Positions 36,605 to 46,533 of a DNA stretch of 64,000 nt are shown piece after piece. The stretch's first letter is position 1; every line of letters begins with the position of its first letter. The notes under the pieces were generated by a model that made no database searches, was not told the DNA's origin, and saw only the letters and a program-made list of their open reading frames with translations. Both the position numbers and the translations under genes were made by a program. This DNA comes from Epithemia pelagica (Eukaryota > Protista > Bacillariophyta), in contig OX337236.1 in the NCBI GenBank assembly GCA_946965045.2, positions 1,984,001-2,048,000 on the forward strand. The letters are read 5' to 3'.

Positions 36605-36983
36605 TAGAGTAATTCGCCGCACTTTGAGATGAGGGTCCGGCCGCCCGACGAGCGCCAGAGCAATAACATGCACAATCAATACGATCCCTGCGCGTTTGGT
36701 ACGCCCGGCAATTGCCGGGAAGGACTGGCACTGGCAGGTGTCTTGTCGCTTGTCGGGCATACAATAAAAAGGATCCCAAACAGATACTCCTAAGAATTTA
36801 CCCGTCGCACATGAGTCGTGAATTCGATTTAAATAGTTGCATCGAGTCACTACCCTTAATTACTCGACTCCGCTGGGGGGTACAATACAAAATGCCCTCT
36901 TCGTCATTGCGCCCTTCGCGCCGGGGGACCCCTCCTCGACACCGACAAAGGGAATTTAGAGAGGCGAAAGAGGAGGCACCTTG

Positions 36984-37170
36984 TGTTAAAATATTGAGAA
37001 CATTGCCTCGCGTGCTCAACGGTCACAACGTATGCGCTACACAATTTTGGGGAACGTACACGCGATTCCTACGGGATCAATCCATTCCATTCCACCCTAG
37101 CTATAACCTTATAATCTCTTTTGCCACCTGAGTCCAACTCATCTACTTGGGCCGTAGGAGAGTTTTCACA
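36984..37170 (+). repeat. 5' LTR
   Basis: TGTTAAAATA...TTTTCACA, matches 43011-43197. Confidence 0.96.
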
Positions 37171-37192
37171 CGCTTCCTCTGCGCTAAAGTGC
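37171..37192 (+). promoter_or_regulatory. Putative primer-binding site complementary to the 5'/D-arm of initiator tRNA-Met
   Basis: Reverse complement GCACTTTAGCGCAGAGGAAGCG resembles the eukaryotic tRNAiMet D-arm GCGCAG(C/T)GGAAGCG. Confidence 0.6.
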
Positions 37193-37254
37193 AGTTCACT
37201 TGACAGTCTCGATCAATCCCCTTCGGACCTTCCGAAGTATTTGCAAGCACAACA

Positions 37255-38838
37255 ATGGCACGTCGTACTCGCGGTGAAGACCCACGACGCGGCGTCGGAG
37301 CGCCAGAAGACGAAGAAGAAGCAGTTGCGGGAGATCAAGGAAACCCCAACGAGCAAGAGGAGGAGGAAGAGGAAGACGATTACCTCGAAGCACGTCAAGT
37401 GATGAATCAAGACCTTGTCGACGCGCTGGGTAGCGCCACACAACGAATCGTGATGGCGATCGACCGCGCAGTCGCAGCCATGGGAGCTCCTGGAGGAGCA
37501 GTTCCACCGGGAGGAAATCCGTTCATCCGCACTCCATTGCAAGCACGAACGGATCAGACACTCGACTTCCATCAAAAGGAAGGTCGCAAGTACTACGAGA
37601 ACGCGACGCGCTCGCTGTTCTCAAGCAGTGAAGACAAGTTCGATGTGGAACCGAGCAAGTTCCAACTGTTCATCACTCTATTGTTGAATCGCGCCAAGGA
37701 TTTGGGAATGCTCGATTCACCTGCAACCCATGGGAATGCGATGCTACCCAAAGACCCCAAGAGTCCAGTAGCAGACGGTGCTATCAACATCATCAAGGAC
37801 TACGGACGAGCCCACTTGGAAGACATCAGAAAGTGGGAGCGAGAAATCCTCAACAACAAAAGTAGGATCAGCCAGAACTCAAAGATTCTGTTTGACCTGT
37901 TGATGAACTCCCTAACGGCAAAGGGAGCACAGCGAATCCAGATATGGCGTTCACAGTATACTGTGGACGGTATGGACGCTGGAGCCTGTTTGTTCACAAT
38001 AATTGTCCGCGAGAGTTATCTTGACTCAAACGCGACAGTTTCAACAATCAGACTCAACCTGACTAATCTGGATGAATACATCCGAACAAACGGCAGCGAC
38101 CTAGTCGCATTCAATGCCTACGTCCAAAGTCAAGTGGACGGATTGAAAGCACGAGGCCACACAACGAGCGACCTCGTAGTTAACCTATTCAAAGGATACA
38201 AGGCCGTTGAAGATGACAAATTTAAAGTGTACTTACAAGGCATCGAGAACGGCCACGAAGACGGATCGGCAGAAGTCAACGCACCAACCCTTATGCTTCG
38301 CGCCGTCAACTTTTACAAGACTAGGCTCACCCGAAACGAATGGGAACAACCAACGGAGCAACAGAGGGAAGTACTTGCCTTGCAAACTCAAGTTGAATCA
38401 CTGAAGAAGCAACAGAAGAGGACCAAGAAGGACAATCCCGATGGGAAACGCCAAGCAAAACAAGAAGGAGGATCGGCAAGCAAACCACCCAAGCCAAACT
38501 GGCTCAGAAACAACGTCCCACCAAAGGAAGGGGCCGAGCGTCGATTCCGAGTATGGAACAATGCAAAGTGGTGGTGGTGTGGTCCAAACACAGGAGGCAA
38601 CTGTGGCGGCGGATGGAGGACCCATCAACCGTCCGAATGCCGGACCAAGAAGCGAGAAGCAAGTCCATCCACAAGTAAGAAGAAGGAAGATGGAAGTGGA
38701 CGAAACAAGTCGTCCAATTTCTCGGGCAAGAAGCGCAAGCAAGACGCCATCAAGCTAGCGGTCGCCAACGAGGCCATCATTTCCGAAGATGAAGACAAGA
38801 ACCACTCGGACGCGGAGGACTCGGAATACAGTACCTGA
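37255..38838 (+). CDS. gag: Retrotransposon Gag (527 aa)
   Basis: Directly follows the 5' LTR/PBS. Cys/His knuckle-like WWWCGPNTGGNC...HQPSEC and an acidic tail. Confidence 0.85.
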   Translation: MARRTRGEDPRRGVGAPEDEEEAVAGDQGNPNEQEEEEEEDDYLEARQVMNQDLVDALGSATQRIVMAIDRAVAAMGAPGGAVPPGGNPFIRTPLQARTDQTLDFHQKEGRKYYENATRSLFSSSEDKFDVEPSKFQLFITLLLNRAKDLGMLDSPATHGNAMLPKDPKSPVADGAINIIKDYGRAHLEDIRKWEREILNNKSRISQNSKILFDLLMNSLTAKGAQRIQIWRSQYTVDGMDAGACLFTIIVRESYLDSNATVSTIRLNLTNLDEYIRTNGSDLVAFNAYVQSQVDGLKARGHTTSDLVVNLFKGYKAVEDDKFKVYLQGIENGHEDGSAEVNAPTLMLRAVNFYKTRLTRNEWEQPTEQQREVLALQTQVESLKKQQKRTKKDNPDGKRQAKQEGGSASKPPKPNWLRNNVPPKEGAERRFRVWNNAKWWWCGPNTGGNCGGGWRTHQPSECRTKKREASPSTSKKKEDGSGRNKSSNFSGKKRKQDAIKLAVANEAIISEDEDKNHSDAEDSEYST

Positions 38839-41800
38839 CGGACCTGGAGAAAGTGGAAGATAAGCATACTAACCATGATGGTATATATGTTCACCACTTT
38901 CTCCCTTAGGCACGCCATAGACTGGTTGATTGTTGGTATCGCACACCAAGTAGTAAAGGGGATCCTGATAATGACGGAACTCGTCACGCATATAGTGGAC
39001 GACGATCCCGAAGAGGAACAGGACCCACAAGACTGGTTGTCGCGGGCACTCCACGCCACCGACAAAGGTATAGAAAGAATAGCTGGCAGATTGCACGCCC
39101 GAATCAAGTCGAATCGGAACGGACGAATGCGCAGCATCCAGCATCAACTCAACACAAGACGAAGGCACAAAGTGAGCCTCAGAATCCTTGCAGCCGTCAT
39201 CGCCATGTCAGCAGGAATGTCCAACGGAGCACGACAAGTTGGAACCTTCGACACTGACTCACGATTGGTCGGCATCGACAATCGATGCTCAGGATGCATC
39301 AGTCACAGGAGGGAAGATTTCCCAGGAGAACTGACAGAATGCAAACGAGCAATCAAGGGATTCCGAGGTGCCAGAACATACAATGTTTGGCAAGGTACCC
39401 TCCAATGGGACTGGGACGACGACCAGGGAATCCCCCATAGGATGACAATCCCACGATCGTATTACGTACCAGAAGGACACGTCAGGCTACTGAGCCCACA
39501 GCACTGGGCCCAAACGCGAAAGAACCAAGACAAACGAGGTGGAGCAGGTACAACAACAACTGCCCAGCACGTCACCCTGTTTTGGAACAAGAGGGAGAAC
39601 AGGAAAACTGTTCCCATCGACAGCGAACATACCAATGTCGCAACATTCGCCCTGTCAGGGGGATACGAATCGTATCACCGATACTGCAGGGAAACCAACA
39701 CCGGAACCAAGGATGACGACCGGGATCCAATCACCATCGATGAACTCCGAGTCGACGCAACCGTGGTGTCCGACGACGAGGATGCATCCGATGACGAGGA
39801 TAACGACGAACCAACACAGGAGCAACAAGATCCAAGTGATTGGCCAGTGGAGGACGAACAAAACGACAACAACAAACCACGTGAGTTCGACATAAACGGC
39901 AAACAGGCCACCACATTGGACGAGCCAACCCCAAACATCATCATAGATGAGGAAGAAAGGCTCCCAACACCAACCGCAGAGTTGCTCCAATGTCATCACG
40001 ACTTCGGACACTTACCGTTCACGAAACTTCAAAGAATGGCAAGGGACGGAACCCTTCCATCACGACTCTCAAAATGCAAGGTGCCAGTCTGCTCTGCGTG
40101 TCAGTATGGAAAAGCGACCAAGCGCCCATGGAGATCGCAAAACCGACGCGACCGAGAGGCGGAACGACCACCGAGCAAACCAGGAGAGGTAGTATCAGTT
40201 GACCAAATGGAGTCACCAACTCCAGGACTGATAGCACAAATGACCGGTTTTCTAACGAAGAAGCGGTATAAGTACGCCACAGTCTATGTCGACCAAGCGA
40301 CGGGACTGGGATTCGTCTATCTCCAAAAGTCATCAGGCGCCGAAGAGACGCTAGAAGGGAAACTAGCCTTCGAACGGTACGCCATGGCTAGAGGAGTAAA
40401 GATAGCCGCATACCACGCCGACAATGGCATCTTCAAGGCCAAGGCGTGGGTAGACGCATGCAACCGACAAAACCAACCACTGACTTTTGCCGGTGTGGGA
40501 GCTCATCACACCAACGGTAAGGCCGAAAGGCGGATCAGGGAGTTGCAAGACATGGCCAGAACCATGTTGATCCACGCCAACAGGCGATGGAAGAATGCAA
40601 TAACTGCGAACCTATGGCCCTACGCCATAAGACACGCAAACGACTGCCTAAATGCTGCACCAAACATGCAACAACCAAGCAAGCGCTCACCCCTACAGCT
40701 ATTTAGCAATACACCGGTGAACGTGAATCGAAAGCACCGGAAACCGTTCGGTTGTCCAGTGTATGTCCTGGACAAAGCTCTCCAGGGAAACAAGCCCTAC
40801 CATAAATGGAAGCATAGGGCAAGAGTGGGGATCTACTTGGGACAGTCCCCGATCCACAATAGGAACGTGGCAACGGTCCTGAACCGATTCACGGGACATG
40901 TTAGCCCGCAATTCCACGTCAAGTTTGATAAGAGCTTCGACACTCCAAGACAAGGATTCCTGGAGTCACACTGGCAGTACAAAACACATTTCAGCGCAAC
41001 ACCAGAGCGCGCAAATGTACACCGAACGCCAGAGCCAGAGGGAGGCCAAACGCCACCAAAGACTGGCAACAAAAGGGCGAGAATCCAAGAACCAACTGAA
41101 ACTCCAGCCAGCGAACCAACCCAACAACAGAATGACGAGGACAGAGGGAGCAGGGCGGTAGCACTCCCACTGAACCATCGCCATCACAAAAGACACGGTT
41201 GGGCAGGATAATAAGACCTGTACAGCGGCTGATTGAAATAATGACGACTGAAATAGTCACGAACACAACATACAGCGAGCAGGCTGTAGAAGGTGAATTG
41301 TTTTGTCTCGAGACCATGTTCCCACATGATCCACCAGCATCACCCAACGACTCATTGCTTGCATACAAAGCAGCGGCATCGGATCCAGATACTATGTATC
41401 ACCACCAACCGGACGCAGAGCAATTCATGAACGGGATGCAACAGGAAATGGACACACAATTCACAGATGGAAACTTCTCTATCATCCACCGAAGCCAAAT
41501 CCCAAAAGGGGAAAAGATTTTCCCAGGAGTATGGCAGATGAGGAGAAAAAGGGACATCAAAACCCGAGAAATAAAGAAACACAAAGCACGACTCAACTTT
41601 GATGGGTCGCGCATGGAAAAGGGGATCCATTACGACCAGACCTATGCACCCGTCGCCTCATGGGCATCAATAAGGCTCATCCTTGCCTTGGTCGCCGCCA
41701 ACAAATGGCACACCACGCAAATCGACTACGTCCTCGCTTACCCGCAGGCACCAGTTGAACGCGAGGTCTATATGGAGATTCCTCGCGGGTACGAACTCGC

Positions 41801-43016
41801 AGACGGAAAGAATAAGCAGGACTACGCATTCAAACTCCATGCAAACTTATACGGGCAAAAACAGGCGGGTCGAGTATGGTACCAGTACCTCTCGAAACGA
41901 CTGGTCGAGGACGTGGGATTCACCAAGTCCAAAATCGATGAGTGTGTGTTTTATAAAGGGAACACAGTGTACGTGTTGTATACAGATGACTCCATAATAG
42001 CAGGGCCAGATCAAGAGGAGATCGACCAAGTCATACAGGAAATACAAGACGCAGGGCTAAATATCACTGTGGAGGGAGACATAAAAGACTTCCTGGGGGT
42101 AAACATCGAACAGCAACAAGATGGGACAATACTGTTCACCCAACCACACCTGATTGACAAGATCCTGTCAGCCCTTAGACTGGACGGCAAGGAGGCAAAA
42201 CCCAAGGACGCCCCAGCCGCATCATCCAGGATCCTCAAACGTCATGACGAATCATCACCTTTTGATAACCACTTCAATTACCGATCGGTAATAGGAATGA
42301 TGAATTAACTCGAAGCCGGATCGAGGAGTGATATATCATACGCAACACATCAATGTGCTCGATTTTGTTCCAACCCACGCAAGGAACACGGTGACGCAGT
42401 GAAATGGCTTGGTCGGTATCTGCTGGGAACAAGAGACAAGGGAATAACCTTCCAACCAGACCAAGACGCAGGATTGGAAGTATACGTGGATGCCCATTTC
42501 GCAGGTAACTGGGATCCAAAGCAACCCGAGATCGATGCGGATACGGCACGGTCGCGACACGGATACATCATCCGCTACAAAGGATGCCCTGTCGTATGGG
42601 AATCACAGTTACAGACTGAGATCGCCTTGAGCTCGACGGAGAGCGAATACACGGGGTTATCATACGCTTTGAGAGAAGCAATCCCATTGATGGAAATCCT
42701 GAAGGAGCTGAAGGGACACGGCATCGACATCGCCGACACCAGGGCAAAACTACACTGTAAGGTCTTCGAGGACAACAGTGGGGCGCTGGAAATGGCGAAG
42801 GTCCATAAATTTCGACCACGAACCAAGCACCTGAACGTAAAGCTCCATCACTTTAGGGGATACGTGGAGCGAGGGGACATCACGATCCACGCTATTCCCA
42901 CCACGGAACAACTGAGTGATTATCTCACCAAGCCATTGGCCCAAAACGTATTGGCACCACTGCGAAAGATGGTGATGGGATGGACGACTACAATTGTGCG
43001 CGAGAGGGAGTGTTAA
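38839..43016 (+). pseudogene. pol: Retrotransposon pol (protease, integrase, RT, RNase H), disrupted
   Basis: IDNRCSG (PR), HHDFGH...CSAC (integrase Zn), VSVDQ/ADNG/AERRI (DDE), YTDD (RT), STESEY/EDNSG (RH). Frameshift between 41136 and 41208; premature TAA at 42306-42308. The stop codon lies inside the 3' LTR. Confidence 0.92.
43002..43010 (+). promoter_or_regulatory. Polypurine tract
   Basis: GAGAGGGAG immediately 5' of the 3' LTR. Confidence 0.8.
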
Positions 43017-43197
43017 AATATTGAGAACATCGCCTCGCGTGCTCAACGGTCACAACGTATGCGCTACACAATTTTGGGGAACGTACACACGATTCCTACG
43101 GGATCAATCCATTCCATTCCACCCTAGCTATAACCTTATAATCTCTTTTGCCACCTGAGTCCAACTCATCTACTTGGGCCGTAGGAGAGTTTTCACA
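43011..43197 (+). repeat. 3' LTR
   Basis: 187-bp direct repeat of 36984-37170. Confidence 0.96.
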
Positions 43198-43256
43198 ACC
43201 TTGGTGCTTGGTGGAAAGCCTGCTTTGTTGTCAGAAGCCAAACCGATACTTATATC

Positions 43257-44948
43257 ATGGAGGTTCCAACTAATGATCAGACAACAAAGAATGGCAGAAA
43301 TATGAAGAGAAGAACAATACACTATCGGAATAAGATTTTTATCCTCTTCGTCGTTGTGTGCATAAGATATGAGAGTTTTCGGAACCCAAAGGCCGAATGG
43401 GGTACAAGAAACACGATCTATTTCAATGAAGAATCCAAGGTCAATCAAAGTTTGACACCGAATACGAAGCATGTTCAAGACAAAGAAGAATCCAGCAATG
43501 ATAGGCCGAAGGGACAAGAGAAAAATCATGTAGAGATTCATGGAGACTTCAAACCGAAAAGTAACGTCATGGTACCGGAAATTGACTACAACTACACTTT
43601 TATCAGATACAATCAAGACTACAAAGTAATGTTTCCCTTGCCACAATGGATGGAAGACTTTCTGTCCAAACAACCAACTGGCGATCCCCAAAAACACCAC
43701 GAAATGCTAACAGATCCGTCCAATAAGTTTCTCGTCATGACGTGCTACAAATACAAATACGGTCTCGAAGACTGCGGAGGATTTACAGATCGGTTGTTTA
43801 ACTTGGTATACAATATGTGGTCTGCTCACCAGACTGGACGCAAACTACTCATCAAGTATGTCAAACCCCGTCCACTGGAGGACTTTTTGGTTCCTCCCCC
43901 GCCTGCTGACCATGGCTTCAATTGGATGCTCCCCGATGGCTACTTTACCGAAGACTTCGACCGATGGGCAAACCGCACAGCACCTACTTACAAAGCCGAT
44001 CGGAGGAGAAGATACAGCGTTCAAGAATTAAATTCGACGAAGTTCAAGGACGAGAAAGTTGTTCTCATCAACAACAACTTGGCCATCCCTCATTGCCATC
44101 TGCCGTCGAGCTGGAACTACACAAAGGAATCTCTTTTGCCAGGTCTCTTTCGGCGCTTCTTCCAGCCCTCTCGTGAGACCGCCCGGCGACTATCCCTGAT
44201 TCCTGAGATAACGTCCCCTGGAAACTATGTCGCTGCACACATGCGTATCAAATGGCCTAAACCATATCCGGGAGGTGTGAGACTCCAATACACCAACACC
44301 AAATGGTGGCTAGCAGACAAAGGTTTGAACACCAACATCGACATGACAGATATCACTACATTCAGAACCATTGCGGATGTTGCGAATCACGCTGTCGAAT
44401 GTGCTGTTCGAGTCATGCCAGAAACCAGGTATGTGTATGTGGCTAGTGATGCCCACGAGGCCATTGACTACTTGAAGCATACCAGTCCCTTTTGGTCAGA
44501 TGACCATTCTGAAGGCTCGCCATCGAGGTCGTGGGCTGGTTTTGTGAATTCTTCAAACGTAACTGCGTTTATCAATCATCCAGTGAATCAGAGTGTACAC
44601 GGCTTTGGCATCCCTACCTGGGAGATCCCAACAACAGCAAAGATTGCCATGCGACATGACTACAAGAGCCCTTCACATCATTTTGACACCAAGGCAAGAT
44701 TCAAGAAACCAGAACCTGGCGTATATGGGACCATTGTGGACTTATGGATTATGGCTCACGCAGGGGCTTCCTCGATAGGGGTGGGTGGCTATGGTCGATT
44801 CGGCTCCGTACTGTCAGGGAACAACTCACAAGCGCGCCGATCTCGACATCGAGACTACGATAACTTCTCCCCTTCTTGCGCAACTTCAGCCGAACGCAAG
44901 GCTTGGAAGAAAATGATGGGAGTAGCAGAAGCAAAGAAGAAGAGATAG
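43257..44948 (+). CDS. Type II membrane fucosyltransferase-like glycosyltransferase (563 aa), intact
   Basis: N-terminal TM (IFILFVVVCI), CGGFTDRL, YVAAHMR, YVYVASD and VDLWIMAHA resemble motifs I-III of alpha-2/alpha-6/O-fucosyltransferases. Confidence 0.65.
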   Translation: MEVPTNDQTTKNGRNMKRRTIHYRNKIFILFVVVCIRYESFRNPKAEWGTRNTIYFNEESKVNQSLTPNTKHVQDKEESSNDRPKGQEKNHVEIHGDFKPKSNVMVPEIDYNYTFIRYNQDYKVMFPLPQWMEDFLSKQPTGDPQKHHEMLTDPSNKFLVMTCYKYKYGLEDCGGFTDRLFNLVYNMWSAHQTGRKLLIKYVKPRPLEDFLVPPPPADHGFNWMLPDGYFTEDFDRWANRTAPTYKADRRRRYSVQELNSTKFKDEKVVLINNNLAIPHCHLPSSWNYTKESLLPGLFRRFFQPSRETARRLSLIPEITSPGNYVAAHMRIKWPKPYPGGVRLQYTNTKWWLADKGLNTNIDMTDITTFRTIADVANHAVECAVRVMPETRYVYVASDAHEAIDYLKHTSPFWSDDHSEGSPSRSWAGFVNSSNVTAFINHPVNQSVHGFGIPTWEIPTTAKIAMRHDYKSPSHHFDTKARFKKPEPGVYGTIVDLWIMAHAGASSIGVGGYGRFGSVLSGNNSQARRSRHRDYDNFSPSCATSAERKAWKKMMGVAEAKKKR

Positions 44949-45198
44949 ACACTTTGGGTTTAGACGTTGTACCTGCCAATGACATAATATCGGAAGAGGA
45001 AGGATGATAAGTGTTTTTTTGGCACCGCCGAAGAGTTCTGCCTCTTCGACGACCTATCGTGTTTTCAACGTACGATCTCATCTCACCCGAGCAACATGGT
45101 TCCGTCACCGATACGGGAAGGAAGCCAACGGAGGAATAGCCTGTTGATACATCTGTACTATTTTTACACCACTATTTCTTTCTCACATATTGTGACTA

Positions 45199-46533
45199 TC
45201 ATATAATGTCTTGAATCCGTTCCAATAGGTTACAGACTTGTTGACTCAGCAAATCATTGTGTGTGGTACCAAATTGTTGGGCATGTAGGAGACAGGGAAT
45301 CATTCTCAAGTCGTGTTGTAGCAAGACCGTTTCCAAGACGGCATGGTCCAGAGTCAAATCATCCAACAACAAGAGACATTGAATGGAGAGTGCTGCTTCT
45401 TGTGGACGAGATTCCGCATGCATCAAATTGTAACATAAGGCACGAATCACTGTCGGCCAAGGCGATGGCAATGAAGAAAGTGCAGTGTGTTCCGGGCCTA
45501 TTGTGGTGGTTTCCACAACAACACGTAAAGAGCCAGCAAGAACCTGGAGTGCGAGGTTGTGCAAGACTCCACAAAAATGACCTTGTGCAAACTCAAGTGC
45601 TTCAAAGTCACGTGCATCCTCATTGGACTGGTGCGATTTCCGTTGTTTTTGATTGCCAATGAGATAAGAGGACAATTCATCCAACATACACGTTTTATTC
45701 TCGTTGTCGTTGTTTTTGCCCCATACGATGCTATGCGCCACTTTGTGAATGGTTTCAGGCGCAATCGAGTGGTTGCGATTGAGCATCCAGGCCAAATTCT
45801 CCATGGCCAACAGGGTTTGTTCATCGGATTCACTTTCCAGCATGCAACGGCACTGATTCAGTGTGTCGGACGTCCCTCTTTGTACTGGTGGCAAGGGCTG
45901 CGATTGTGTCAGCGATGTGGATCTCAGGACGGGCATGGAGAGGGTGCACCGATTCAGCTCGTGAGGATCAAAACGAGTACCCGACTGTAAATACAAGGTC
46001 AAAGCTTTGCGATATCTTTGCATCAATACTCCGCAACCTTGTCGTCGTTGCAACTCGACAATCAGTGTGCCATCATCACTGTCAGGTTCCGGACTTCTCC
46101 ACAGATAGATACTAAAACACAACAAGGGACCGACGGCGACACGACAATCGACTCGATTCTCATTGACATGAAAATCCATGGAACACTTTTTGATAAAGCC
46201 ACACAATCTTTGTAAGATCAATGGCAAGTCAGGGTCATTGTCGAATCGAATGGTAGTCCGTCCCAAAACGTAGAATTCGGGCAAATAGTGTGGTTCCAGT
46301 TGGTGCATAATGGTGTCAAACGACTTTGTAGTCGTTGCTGCAGATGTGGCGTAATCCTCCTTGCTGTCATTGATCCTGATTATTTGTGGCGTCCTCAAGT
46401 GTGATGGTGGATTGCTTGACTCGGGGTACAATTCAGCCACTACAAAGGATCGTTGTGCCATGCTTCTGGGTGGAGGCATTTCTTCCGGCTGCACTGGTAC
46501 ATGGAATAATTGTGGTCGATGGTACATGTTCAT
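45199..46533 (-). CDS. Hypothetical protein (KA1-like alpha/beta domain followed by helical region)
   Basis: 444-aa intronless ORF. FSIYLWRS...LIVELQRRQGC resembles a kinase-associated-1-like motif seen in diatom families. Confidence 0.55.
   Translation of the reverse strand: MNMYHRPQLFHVPVQPEEMPPPRSMAQRSFVVAELYPESSNPPSHLRTPQIIRINDSKEDYATSAATTTKSFDTIMHQLEPHYLPEFYVLGRTTIRFDNDPDLPLILQRLCGFIKKCSMDFHVNENRVDCRVAVGPLLCFSIYLWRSPEPDSDDGTLIVELQRRQGCGVLMQRYRKALTLYLQSGTRFDPHELNRCTLSMPVLRSTSLTQSQPLPPVQRGTSDTLNQCRCMLESESDEQTLLAMENLAWMLNRNHSIAPETIHKVAHSIVWGKNNDNENKTCMLDELSSYLIGNQKQRKSHQSNEDARDFEALEFAQGHFCGVLHNLALQVLAGSLRVVVETTTIGPEHTALSSLPSPWPTVIRALCYNLMHAESRPQEAALSIQCLLLLDDLTLDHAVLETVLLQHDLRMIPCLLHAQQFGTTHNDLLSQQVCNLLERIQDII

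Larger units (their letters stand above)
36984..43197 (+). mobile_element. Full-length Ty1/copia LTR retrotransposon (CoDi-like), non-functional pol
   Basis: Two 187-bp TG...CA LTRs with 2 mismatches. ACCTTG duplicated at 36978-36983 and 43198-43203. Domain order gag-PR-INT-RT-RH. Confidence 0.96.
30575..45010. repeat. Head-to-head inverted duplication: arms about 30575-32410 and 43222-45010
   Basis: Reverse-complement similarity covers the 5' leader (CTTTGTTGTCAGAAGCCAAA), the whole CDS and ~60-80 bp of 3' flank. Confidence 0.9.

Noticed and set aside
32493-36882. TACCCCC(C)AG ... CTGGGGGGTA as TIRs of one element enclosing the Crypton and hairpin
   Set aside because: Only ~9-10 bp, no TSD, and the motif recurs at 59199 upstream of an ordinary gene.
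37196-43046. Many antisense and alternative-frame ORFs over gag/pol
   Set aside because: Shadow ORFs of the retroelement's codon bias; the same applies to most short track ORFs overlapping long genes.
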